A stretch of 64,000 bases of DNA. Origin: Guillardia theta CCMP2712 (taxonomy: Eukaryota; Protista; Cryptophyta). This document shows positions 50,010-61,505 of this stretch, in pieces. The stretch is taken from the NCBI RefSeq assembly GCF_000315625.1, contig NW_005434557.1, forward strand, positions 36,866 through 100,865, in the 5' to 3' direction. The position numbers were made by a program, and so were the translations under genes. The notes under the pieces are model-generated. The model had not been told where the DNA came from and made no database searches. It was given only the letters and a program-made list of their open reading frames with translations. The stretch's first letter is position 1. Every line of letters begins with the position of its first letter.

Positions 50010-53000
50010 ATGCACAAGAGCAGGTCCGAGAGTAAGGAAAATGTACTTTTACCTACGCTTGCATCAAACCGAGCAAAGCGCCCAGTTTTGCACAAGCAAC
50101 AAACCGGGCTGCAGCCTGAAAGCAACTTACCACTGGCTGCTGCCAAGGACAACCTTCACTTCTTCGTCTACAGGCTCCATCCTCAGTCCGCCAGCAGCGG
50201 ACGTGAAGAAGAGACCGAGGCAAACACTGGTCATGACCAGCAGCTTTCAAGGCGCCTCCATCGCATCCTGCACGAGATCCTCTCCTCTGAAACTCAGAGC
50301 TTCTACAAGATCTACCCCGGCAAGACCTACCTCGACATGGACTGCGTGCCCTACCTGGCTGCCCTCGAGACAAGGGTGACCAGAGCCAGATACCTGTGCA
50401 ACTGCTCCGTCTTCGTGCCCGTCATCACCTGGGGTCAGGAACACAGCGTGCTGGAGGAGCTCGCAGCGATCGACGAGGCGCACGACCGTGAGAGTGACTT
50501 CCTCGTGCACGCGCTGGCAGCGCTCTACCTGCTCAACAAGGACGCCGGGAGACTCAAGGCCGTGCTACCCATCCTGCGGGACGAGTCCGAGGGACGCACC
50601 TCCCTCTCCAGCGCGTGCGGGAGCCTCAGCAGGAAGCCGTCGGTACGCAGCTGCGCGCGGGCGAGCGAGCTGATACAAGCAGGAGGCGTCCGGAGGGACA
50701 GAGAGGCGATACTCGAGTACCTGCTGGGAGTCTCGGTGCAGGAGGCGGTGGCGATGCTGCTGCCTGCGGGGAGGAGGGCAGAGGTCGGGCTGGGGGAGGA
50801 GACAAGGAGAGGGAAGGGGAGCAAGGGAGTGGCTGGCATGTACGTAGACTCAACCGGAGATGTCGAGAGAAGCGCGAGGGAGGCGGGGGAGCTGATAGCA
50901 CACTGTCTGGTGAGGGTGGTGAAGGAGCACATCGACCGAAAGCTGTGGGAGTTCTCGAAACACAACCCTCGGGGGATCGAGGTGCTGCAGGTACTGCAGG
51001 AGACGGGGATGTATGACAAGTTCAACGAGTACTTCGCGCTGCGGGGCATCGAGACCCTGGACAAACTTCCTCTGTTCACGAGAGCACTGTCGCAGGCTCA
51101 AAGTTGCATTCAGATAGTGGAATCTTGCCTTGACATCACAGCATACAATGCTTCAGACGAGAGCTCGATCCGGACGCTCGAGAAGCTGGTGGAGGACTAC
51201 AAGAAGGACGAGCGCTTCCTCCCTCTCAACGACAGGCTCAGGCAGTACCGAGACGCTGACGTCAACGGGGTCCTCGCCCTCCGCACCACCAACTCCCTCG
51301 AGACGGCCCTGGTGAAGCTGCCGGCGAGAAGCTGCATCGTCTTCCTCAGCCTGGTGTACCTTGTGTTCGGGATCAAGCAGCTGGGCCCGATCATGTCCGA
51401 CCAGGTCTGGCTGCCGGACAAGAGCTCGGGCACGCCCGTCAAGCCCAAGACTGTGAGGATATCGGTCATGGCAGATCCGATCATCAGCTTTGCGTGGAGC
51501 TTGTTGTTCTTGAGCGGGGTGCTGCTGGGGCTGCTGAGCACACCGTTACGAGCCAAGTGGCTGCTGCTGTCAACGGGGCATCTGGTGCTGACGGCCAACG
51601 TGGCCTGCATGGTAGCCGACTTTGTGCAGTGCTCGACTCAGGGGACGGGGATAGGAGCAGAGTGTAACGGTTTCTCGGATATAATCACTGTGAGCTTTCT
51701 GGCTATCATGATGTACCTGGCGCATTTCGTGCAGCACTACTTCTGGATGGCTGCCTTCCTCGCTCAAGGGGCTTACTGCTTCTACTCGGCTCTAGCTCTT
51801 GACAATCAGTTCAGGTACGTGATGGTCTGCCTCGGGGTAGGTTGCTGGCTGGTGGAGCTGGCGATCGCGGTGGAGTATCACCGGGCGTACGCCAGGACCT
51901 TCAGGGACCTCAAGGCAGCCATGCGAGGCTTCGAGGACACTTGGACCAGCGTCGTCGAGGAGAGCTCGCACGTAGTGCAGGAGATTAGCGCGCGAGTCGG
52001 GCGATCGCTCAAGAGCTGGAGGAGGTGATCGGCGATGACACCCGGACGTGGCGTCGGTACTTGTGGGTGACGCTCGGCCTGCGGGGCCGGCGATACTCGA
52101 GGAGGAACGGGAAGATCCGGCAGGCGAGCCGAGACTTCGAGCAGCTCTTCCTCCAGGCGCAGGAGGTCAGCGCCGCCTTCCAGCTGTGGGTGTCCGGGTG
52201 GAACCGGGTGGGGCGGGTGGAGCATGGTAACGTCAAGTCTTGCGCACGAGCGATGCAGAAGACGGTGAGGTCGTACAGGCGCGACCCCTCGTGCCTGACC
52301 GACCTGGTGCGATGTACTGTGGTGGTGTCGTCGATCGACGACGTGCTGTCGTGGTTGAGCTTCTTGCGGGGTCAGTCGGTGGTGGGGCACGGGGTGAGCG
52401 CGTGGGACCAGCCTGGAGGAGGGAGGGTGATGTCGGAGGACGTGGAGGTAAGGAGGGCAGAGAGAACCGAGACGGCGAGGAGGAGGAAGTGACGAGCCTT
52501 CGACAGACGGGCGGGGGAGAGGAAGGCGGGGAGATCTACATGAGCATCACCAACATCAAGAACCGGTACGTGCACCAGAAGAAGACGAGCGAGGAGCGAG
52601 GAGCAGGAGCGGGGAGCGGGGAGCGAGGAGCGAGGGGGAGGGAGACGAGGCGGGGAGCGAGCTGAGGGGATGTAGAGGAGTCAAGCGGGTCGAGCCAAGG
52701 GATGCGGCTGAGCCTGTGGGGCAGGTACGACCCGTCTGGCGGCACGAGCTTGAGCGGGGGCTACCGGGACCTGTGCGTGTGCGTGGAGGTAGGAGGGAAG
52801 GGAGGCGAGAGACCGGGCAGGAAGAGCTGAGAGGAGGGCAGGTGGGATGGACGATAGACGAGTCGAGCCAGTGCTGCACGTTCGTACCGGTGAAGGAGTG
52901 GGGGAGGACAGCAGGGCTGCGGAAGCACATCTGCGAGATACAGGTGAGGAGAGGAGAGGAGAGGAGAGGAGAGGAGAGGAGAGGAGAGGAGAGGAGAGGA

Positions 53001-53255
53001 GAGGAGAGGAGAGGAGTGGAGTGGAGTGGAGAGGAGTGGAGTGGAGTGGAGTGGAGAGGAGAGGAGTGGAGAGGAGTGGAGTGGAGAGGAGAGGAGAGGA
53101 GAGGAGAGGAGAGGAGAGGAGAGGAGGAGCAAAGAGGAGGGGGGAGAGGAGTAGGATGATGGAGGCGGTGGCAGGTGCTGCTGGAGGAGATGCATGGGAT
53201 CAAGAAGCATCTGCACAGGGAGTACGTGAACTTCCGCAACACTCTATGCCAGTAG
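50010..53255 (+). CDS. Copy B of the TIR-like/SAM-like/6-TM/RelA-SpoT-like gene, with a 1-bp deletion at ~51998 (truncated form, pseudogene or sequencing error)
   Basis: 672-aa ORF to 52028. GAGTCGGGCG versus GAGTCCGGGCG in copy A. Downstream exons 52507-52565 (ITNIKNR), ~52725-52788 (YDP..GGYRDLCVCVE), ~52841-52943 (..HICEIQ), ~53175-53255 (VLLEEMH..NTLCQ*). Confidence 0.8.
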
Positions 53256-53551
53256 GAGGAGGCGAGCATGCACAAGTAGCGGTAGGGCTCGTGTATGTAC
53301 AACAAGACCTACCGGAAGCTGTTTGTGAGAGTAGAAGGAGGGCGTGTAAGACAGACTCGAGTCAGGGGGGCGGGACATTCCCTTGGCTCTCTTTCAGTTT
53401 CACCCGGGTCCATCGCTTCTCCTCCTTGCTCAGGATGCTCAGGAACTTGTTGGGAGGGTCTTCATGCACGCGCACCCGCCTGCCCTCCACCTGAAGGAGT
53501 CGGTCAGCTCCTCTCGCGTCTCAGGCTGCTCGCACGGGGTGGTCGAAGGCG

Positions 53552-54762
53552 ATGGAGCACGCCCAGAGGAACAGGGCGCCAGCCTCGTCTGAGTGCGAGT
53601 TGGTCCGGTACCTGCCATGGCAGAGACTCACAAGGAGCCTCGTCGCGTTCCTCACTCGCTCACTTCCTATCCCCGAGGATTGGCGTCCCCATGCCCGCCA
53701 TGTGCTTTCTGAGCTGAAGGCAAGAGACGTCACGAGGCGAAGGCGGAGGGGAGTAGAACCTGATGCATTCGGCCCGTCTCCGGGATCAGCTTGAGCAGGG
53801 ACAAGTGGCCGAAGACGAGGGAGGGAACGGACCTGCATCGCTCAGCTACCTCCTCTCCTCTGCTCAGAGCTGCTGCTACCTCATGCTCATGTACCGCGTG
53901 CGAGCACGGCGTCCCCTGATGTACCAGTCAGTGAGCCCGAGGGGAGCAAGCGCCATCTTACTGCAGCTCAGTGTCTATCGAACCTTCTCCTTCCACCTTC
54001 CCTACCACCACCTACAACCGGTCAAGACAAGCTGAGAACGCTCAAGGGAGAAGAATCGTCAAGGAGGAGGCTTGCGAAGTGTGCAACGGTAGCAAGGAAG
54101 GGAGCAAAGGGAAGCAGGTAGCGGGTGAAATTCATACCGCCATGTACATTTTCTCAACCCTCCTTTGAGCGAACTGTTCACAGATGTTGGCAGCAACCTG
54201 TCTGAAAATAGTCACGAGAGTGGGAGCAAGGAGGAGGAGGAGGAGGAGGAGGAGGAGGAGGAGGAGGAGGAGGNNNNNNNNNNNNNNNNNNNNNNNNNNN
54301 NNNNNNNNNNNNNNNNNNNNNNNNNNNNNNNNNNNNNNNNNNNNNNNNNNNNNNNNNNNNNNNNNNNNNNNNNACATAATGATTTCATGCGCAGGTGTAT
54401 CAGTGGAATCCGAACAGCCTGGGGATCGTCTTTGTCTGCCTGTTCACTCCGTTCCATTGTTACCTCTTTCTTCTTGGCATTCCAGATGAATCGCTGCTGA
54501 TGTCATATGTGGTTTGGGCGACTGGATATGGCTACATGCTGTTACTTTTGGCGTACCTCTTTACCCAAAGAGAGAAAATCTTGTCGAACATAAACAACGC
54601 TTCTTATCGCCACCAGGTGGAAGAATACAACACAGCTTGGAACGCTAGGAGACAACAAGAGACTGTGGTGAGTTGTTATGATCTGCACTGACACGAAGTC
54701 GATATATGATGAGTGTGTAGGAGTACGACGATTTCTTGAACACGCTGAATGTTATGCGATGA
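53552..54762 (+). CDS. Multi-exon membrane protein, possibly NUR1/Mug154 (DUF2418)-like
   Basis: VYQWNPNSLGIVFVCLFTPFH..LAYLFTQREK..EEYN recalls the VWDP..LFCLFSP.H..EY pattern of that family; N-terminal ELVRYLPWQRL. Spans an N gap. Confidence 0.35.
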
Positions 54763-54900
54763 TGTCAGGTATGAATGAAACATGAATAAATGTGATACAG
54801 CCGCATTCGGATTCGGATTCAACTTTTAATCACGCTTGCCGATGTCACAGGCAATGAAGCAATTATCACTTGATCTTTGCGACTGTTACATGCAAAGAAA

Positions 54901-57395
54901 TCACATTTCATCTTGGAGCGGGCTGCCGCAGTGGCGGCTGGCAGCGGAGGAGGAGGAGGAGGAGGCGACGTTTCTTGTCTTGGCTATGAGGAGGACTCCT
55001 CCCGTCCCGACGTCAAGTCTATGGCAGGGCGAAGCCTTCCAAGGGCCCTCCTTTCTCATCTCTGACGTCAGGACGTCAGCGTCTTCGTCATTGTCTTCCG
55101 CTTCCATGCTGCTCTTGTTCCTCTCGTCGTCTGTCGCACTTGTCAGCGCGAGCATGAGTTTGAGGCTGACGGTACCTCGAGCATGTGGAGGAGCTACCTC
55201 TTCTTTCAACCTCGGGCTCTCATCAACGTCTTTCTCTTCGTCTCCGCCAACACTCGACAGAGACGCTGACAGCAACGACTTCACGTCTCCGCTGCACCCT
55301 GGCTGCCAGTGCGACCTGCGAGTTTCTCTGGGTAAGGAACCATCACAGCATGGCTTCAAAGGTGAGGGTCTGGTGAAAAGACGGCATCGGCAGAAGGAGG
55401 GAGGAGGGAGAGGAGGGAGGAGGGAGGGAGGGAGGAGAGGGAGGAGGAGGGAGGGACGGGAAGGGAGGGAGGGAGGGAGGGAGGAGGGANNNNNNNNNNN
55501 NNNNNNNNNNNNNNNNNNNNNNNNNNNNNNNNNNNNNNNNNNNNNNNNNNNNNNNNNNNNNNNNNNNNNNNNNNNNNNNNNNNNNNNNNNNNNNNNNNNN
55601 NNNNNNNNNNNNNNNNNNNNNNNNNNNNNNNNNNNNNNNNNNNNNNNNNNNNNNNNNNNNNNNNNNNNNNNNNNNNNNNNNNNNNNNNNNNNNNNNNNNN
55701 NNNNNNNNNNNNNNNNNNNNNNNNNNNNNNNNNNNNNNNNNNNNNNNNNNNNNNNNNNNNNNNNNNNNNNNNNNNNNNNNNNNNNNNNNNNNNNNNNNNN
55801 NNNNNNNNNNNNNNNNNNNNNNNNNNNNNNNNNNNNNNNNNNNNNNNNNNNNNNNNNNNNNNNNNNNNNNNNNNNNNNNNNNNNNNNNNNNNNNNNNNNN
55901 NNNNNNNNNNNNNNNNNNNNNNNNNNNNNNNNNNNNNNNNNNNNNNNNNNNNNNNNNNNNNNNNNNNNNNNNNNNNNNNNNNNNNNNNNNNNNNNNNNNN
56001 NNNNNNNNNNNNNNNNNNNNNNNNNNNNNNNNNNNNNNNNNNNNNNNNNNNNNNNNNNNNNNNNNNNNNNNNNNNNNNNNNNNNNNNNNNNNNNNNNNNN
56101 NNNNNNNNNNNNNNGAGAGGAGGGAGAAGAGGCCTTTTATCTGGTGGTAGGCCGGCGGCCTGATGACAGCCGGCAGGCCAGACGGATGCCAGCTAACTGC
56201 ATACCACGACCCTTCCTTCCTACTTTCTTAAGTAGGTCCGTGAGCCGTCTGTCAGTGTCACCTGCCTTCTTTCCTTCCTTCTTCCCTTCGTGGGCCGGCC
56301 CGCCGGAGGAGGAGGACAATGGAGGGAGGACGGACGATCCACAGGATCTCCTTGGGACTAATTTATCATTTATCTTTCTTTTTTCATTTAATAATTCCCT
56401 ATTCTCCCACTCACAAAACAGGAAAAAAATCAAAAAAAAATCACTTACGGTTTGCCGGCCCCTTTGCTCCCGGTAGGGAGGGAGGAGGGAGGGAGGGGAG
56501 GAGGGGAGGGGAGGGAAGGGGTGGAGGGAGGGAGGGAGGAGGGAGGAGGGAGGAGGGAGGAGGGAGGAGGGAGGAGGGAGGAGGGAGGAGGGGTATCCCA
56601 CAGGAGGGAAGGTGGTTTGACTACAACAGCAAGGTGAGGATCCTGTAGCAACTTGAGGTCAATCGTTGAGCTCTCAACTACTTGGGTCACCTCGATGAGA
56701 ACTTTCAGCTTTGCTTCCGTGCAGCCGGAGAGATGAGCTTTGAGGGCCGAGGCATCCTTTGCTTGCTTGGGGGGCTTGTAAACAAACATCAGCTGCTCTC
56801 CTGCTCCAACACAGTCCTTGCATATCAGAGCTGAGCCGGACTTCTGCAGAGCGTCCGGCCGAATTGAAAGATCGTTCGTGCTTGAGCACTGCTCCTCGTC
56901 TCGCGGAGAGGTACCTGCTCCTTCCACGCGGAACACTCTCGGGTCTCCACCGCGACGAGCAGCTCGCTTTGCTGACGTGAAGGTGGGGAATTTGTCGGGG
57001 AAGCACAGATGCAGCGCTGCAGCCACAGGGAGCCTGCCCTCCTCGTTCTTCTTCTCCTTGAACCCCTCCGGAGGAGAAGGCAGAGGGTCAGGGAGGGTCA
57101 CCATCTCAATTCTCTCTTCAACTTTCTGCTTCTTTCCAGAAGTTTCCCGTGCATGTGGCTGGCTTTCCTGCGGCGATGCCTGTTTGCGCTTCGCGCGTAG
57201 CACTCCGATCTCCTTGTAGATCTCAAACCATGAGGATGAGCGCTGAATGTCTTGAGGGGCTGGTCGACGACCATGTACGTCATAAAACTGTTTCACACGC
57301 ATAGACATCTGTGCTTTCAACTCGCGCTCTCGCTCGAGGTCTCCTTGAGAAACAGTCGCGCTCGCGTCGTTGTGCTCTCCATGAGCGTGCGACAT
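54901..57395 (-). CDS. RluA-family RNA pseudouridine synthase, apparently lacking its C-terminal half
   Basis: S4-like FPTFTSAKRAARRG, motif I DPHLAVVVKPP, catalytic motif II PCHRLDVGTGGVLLIAKT; spans an N gap. Confidence 0.75.
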
Positions 57396-57413
57396 CTCTG
57401 CCTCTACCCGGTT

Positions 57414-57629
57414 GATGACTGAAGCTGCTTGCTAGAGGGCTGAGGAGATGATGACTGAAGCTGCTTGCTAGAGGGCTGAGGAGATGATGACTGAAGCTGC
57501 TTGCTAGAGGGCTGAGGAGATGATGACTGAAGCTGCTTGCTAGAGGGCTGAGGAGATGATGACTGAAGCTGCTTGCTAGAGGGCTGAGGAGATGATGACT
57601 GAAGCTGCTTGCTAGAGGGCTGACGAGAT
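57414..57629. repeat. 36-bp tandem repeat, 6 copies
   Basis: GAAGCTGCTTGCTAGAGGGCTGA at 57421, 57457, 57493, 57529, 57565 and 57601. Confidence 0.95.
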
Positions 57630-58049
57630 CGTGACCATGCAGAGGCCTGTCCTTTGCTCTTTGCTTTGGTATTGGCCCCCGATCACCCTCGGCGATCCGG
57701 GCCGAGCCTCAGTTACCCGGCCCCGGCGTCAAGGTGCCACTACTGAATTTTAACTTAACATTGAGTAAAGAGTTTTAGAGTACTACGGCCGTAGTACTCG
57801 CGGCCGCGCACGCGGCACTGACTGCGGCTTTCGCCGCCTTCCAACGAGTCACTGCCCGGTTCGGGCCCAGATGCTAACCGACAAACGTGCTCGCACTCGT
57901 ACGACATGCTGAGTTGAATTGCCTGTGCAATTTAATGTCTGAATTCTTTACAACTTAAGCGAGTGTTCGTTTCAGTACAGGGAGATTGTAGAGGCCGGGC
58001 TGATTCCTGAAAGTATGCGATCCCATCAATATTCTTGAACTAAAAACAA

Positions 58050-58980
58050 TCAGGATTCAAGGAACACATCTCCCATGAACCCATGATCTTCGTCATCCAT
58101 GTCGCAAGAGTCAAAAGCCAGCGAATGGAAACAGCCCTCGTCTTCGCCCCCGTCTGCATGATACTCGTGAAAGAAATGATGATCTCCAGATGGAGGCAAC
58201 GATTGTCCCGTATGAAATTCTCCCTGCGCTGTCGGCAGCTGTCCATCGTACTGCATTTCACCATTAGTCTCGCACTTCACTTGAGCATGCCCTGAGATGG
58301 TGCAGGGGTCATCATTTGAGCCGGCACATCCTGCAAGCATTGCAATGATTTCATCGTCGGACATGGTCTTGCCTTCAGCGCTTACGATATTCTTCATCTC
58401 AACGGAAGAAGAAGCCACTGCATCAGCTGCTGAAGAAGGTTTTGTTGTTCTCTTAGATTCAATGCTCGTCTCATTTGACAAGGTGTCCAACTGATCGCAT
58501 TGAAGGGTGAATCGAATATGCTTCCCGCTTCCAATCTGCTGCAGCATCTGTGGGGAAAGAGACAAGGAGATCTTGACATTGTCTTTGCTTTCTTGTCCAA
58601 TCTTCTCCACGTCAATCTGAGGGAAACCACGGATCTGGAAGGTAGCTTCGGGCTCGGGAGAGTTCGATGGTGAAACTGCCGTGCTGGCCATTGACATTTC
58701 TGAGGGAGACTTGCAGTCCAAGGAAAGAGGAGTAGAAACAGATTCACACACATTCCTTTGCGCCTTTCTGTCAAGACTCTTCATCTGTTCATATCAGGTG
58801 AGATGATGAGATCCTCTCACAACAGCATACCTTGCGGTAGGGCCATCGATCGATGCCATGGCTGCGACACACTTTCTTCAGCGAAGTGAGACAAATCCCC
58901 AGCTGTTTCGCTACAACTTTCTCTGGAAGCCGGAAGTACTGAGAGAGTTCGTTGTAATCAATATTTCTCTGGAGAGGCAT
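58050..58980 (-). CDS. RWP-RK transcription factor (RKD/NIN-like domain)
   Basis: IDYNELSQYFRLPEKVVAKQLGICLTSLKKVCRSHGIDRWPYRK; a 46-bp GT-AG intron at 58785-58830 joins in frame to MKSL. Confidence 0.95.
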
Positions 58981-61396
58981 TGTTCTGGTTGGAACCGATA
59001 GCTCTCTGGATCAAATCAAGAAGTAGATGTGTAGCTATTCGATCGTTGAGTGTTTGGAGCTGCACTGAACCCTTTAAGATTGGCTTGGAAAATCTGGAAC
59101 TAACCGGCCTGTACAACGTGCAAGGTCAGATCTTTGACGACAATTCATTTCACCCCTCAAAAAAAAACTGAATCAGTGTCTTCTCTCAGGAAAGCAAGGT
59201 CAGAAATATGAGAACAAACTTATTCAACCATGAAATCTTTGAATTGAGCTAGAGAACCAAAACCTATAGTGCTTCAACAACAACTATTTACAGACAGAAT
59301 GCCTAGTTCTCAACATCATCTTGTAGAGCATCCTTCGTCAGAGATTTTCGCACATCGTATGTGTCCGCAAGTGCGTTGGGTGAATGAGAAAATTTTCCCG
59401 GCCTCTCTAACATCTCTAACAGATCATTTCAATGTGTTTCTCTCGCCCCTGCATGCCCTTTCCTCCGTTCACGATTTTCCGTCTGCCATCCTCTGTACTC
59501 GCTTGCTCCGATCCCCACCGTCGGCACCACCCCACTCCGACCGCATCTCACCACCACCTGTCCTAAGGACCACCCCTCTATATTCCTGAAGGTTGAAATA
59601 CCCACCTCTGGCGCCTACCTATCTATGATTCAATGCTACCCGTAGTTGCGACCAATTTTCACCCCTGCCTTAGAAGCCAGTATTGTCCAACACCCGTTGA
59701 TTCTACCACCCCACCCCCTCGATTCCAATTCCAGGCAATCCCGGTTCCGAGGGAGCGGTGCTCTTACCTTCTTCCTCCGTGGTAGGGGGTCCCCATAATA
59801 GGTGGTAGGGGGTCCCCATCATTTGAGTAAAACCCTCCCACCCCCACCCTACACAAAAAGTACCCAAAGTTTTGGGTACTACTGCTTCTCAACTTCCAGG
59901 CAAGCGTACGGACCATACCATCACTACATTCGTGAGTACCCTACCCTGTTCGGCTGATCAATCTCTCACAGACCTGCGGTCCTCCGAAGACTACCCTCCT
60001 CTCCTACGAACCAATGTACCCACCCCAGTAAGTCGTACCCTTCCGATCCGCAATGGTCAACACCTCCTACTCCCAACCGGACGCTTCCTTGGTATGCCTG
60101 GACCCACGTGCCAGGGGTAGGGTAGGCAGACACCTGACCATCCCAGGTTCCCTGCCGTAGTAAATACCTACCCTACCCTGGAAAAGTCCTTTCATTCCCT
60201 CTGACATGTACCCGTACAAGTTCGAGGCAGGACGGTCCCACCCCGTTGATATCTTTCTCTGAACAAATGACCCCCACCCCCCCTGTCATTTGTCTCGCTT
60301 CGATGCACCCCATTCCCAGTTAAAAATGTTAATATCATGACCCCACCATAGTCATCTCTGAGACATCAGACTACCCCTACTCAATAATCTTAGAGGAGCC
60401 GTGATTGAGTAAAAGCTGGTACTCCCAAGCTAAAATGAAGGTTTTTACTAGTCATGATTCATGTACCCGTCCTATGGTCGGCAGGTTTACACCACCCCTC
60501 AGATCCTACCCATAGGGAGGTGACCAGAGGAAAGGAGGGGTAGTACCTCTCAGATCGGACGACCCCTACCTCTCTTCTCCCAACGTCGTGCCAGCGCAAA
60601 TTAAAACCTTTTATGTTATGGGTCGAGATGAGATGGGGTATATTGTTAAAAGCAATCGGAAGGGTATTGAAGGGTGGGTACTTGAAGTGAGGCAGGAACT
60701 CGGGGTGGGGATGGGGGTGGGGGGCGGGGNNNNNNNNNNNNNNNNNNNNNNNNNNNNNNNNNNNNNNNNNNNNNNNNNNNNNNNNNNNNNNNNNNNNNNN
60801 NNNNNNNNNNNNNNNNNNNNNNNNNNNNNGCTCTGATAACCCTAAGGCAACTTACGCCCCTTGCCTTTAAAGTACCCTACCCCTATCTCCCTCATCTTCC
60901 ATCAGCAACCCCTGCAGGATTTGTCCGACCACCTACACTATACGCTGCTTGGAACTACTGATGGCAGGGGGGCCCGTCCTTGGTCCCGGACAAAGATTGT
61001 ACCGCAGTGGTGACCCCCCCCCCTGACCCCCTCCGGCAACTTCGGATGCCTTGGTACCGGATCTCAAGAGTTCGCCTGACTCGCCTGTCTTGCTGACCGT
61101 CGTGACTGGGCCATGTGACCACTCCGGTGACGGGTACCTCCAATACTTTACTCAAAGTTAAGTCAAAGATCAGCTCGCCGTACTGAACTTTAACTTAACT
61201 AGTCTAGGCTCTTTACTCAAAGTGAAGTCACTGCACGGTTGCGGCCTCCGCCGGCGGCGCCGGGCCCGCCGGGAGCACTGACACGGTACACCGTACTTTG
61301 CCCGGGCCTCCGACGGGCCTCGGTGTGACTCCTGAGCAGTGGCCGCCCGGAGCCCGGCGCTCGGAGGCTCAGCGGCTGGCAACCTGACGGACTCCG

Positions 61397-61505
61397 TTGT
61401 AACAAGACCGTTTCAAGTTTCCTGAAACACATAAGTCGTCTTGGTTTACTGGCAGGAGAGTTTTTGCCAAGTTAACTCGGCGGCTATCTGCCATGCCAGG
61501 CTGGC
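61397..61505 (+). repeat. Partial, degraded copy of the dispersed ~300-bp repeat
   Basis: GTTGTAACAAGAC..CGTCTTGGTTTAC..CAGGAGAGTTTTT..GTTAACTCGGCG(G)CTATCTG..GGCTGGC. Confidence 0.75.

Larger units (their letters stand above)
44814..53403. repeat. ~3.1-kb inverted duplication: arms ~44814-47945 and ~50302-53403, ~2.36-kb spacer
   Basis: Mirror-image identical ORFs in the track (e.g. 47168-47722+ equals 50525-51079-). Identity covers introns and 3' flank. Confidence 0.96.
20403..60829. other. Six assembly gaps: 20403-20502, 23427-23631, 45089-45403, 54274-54373, 55490-56114, 60730-60829
   Basis: N runs, mostly flanked by low-complexity sequence. Confidence 0.99.

Noticed and set aside
44814-53403. 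Transposon or Polinton with long terminal inverted repeats
   Set aside because: The arms are intron-containing host-type genes, the spacer has no transposase, integrase or polymerase, and no target-site duplication was seen.
54836-56476. 546-aa plus-strand ORF (and other X-containing ORFs)
   Set aside because: Open only because it reads through N gaps; antisense to the RluA-like gene.
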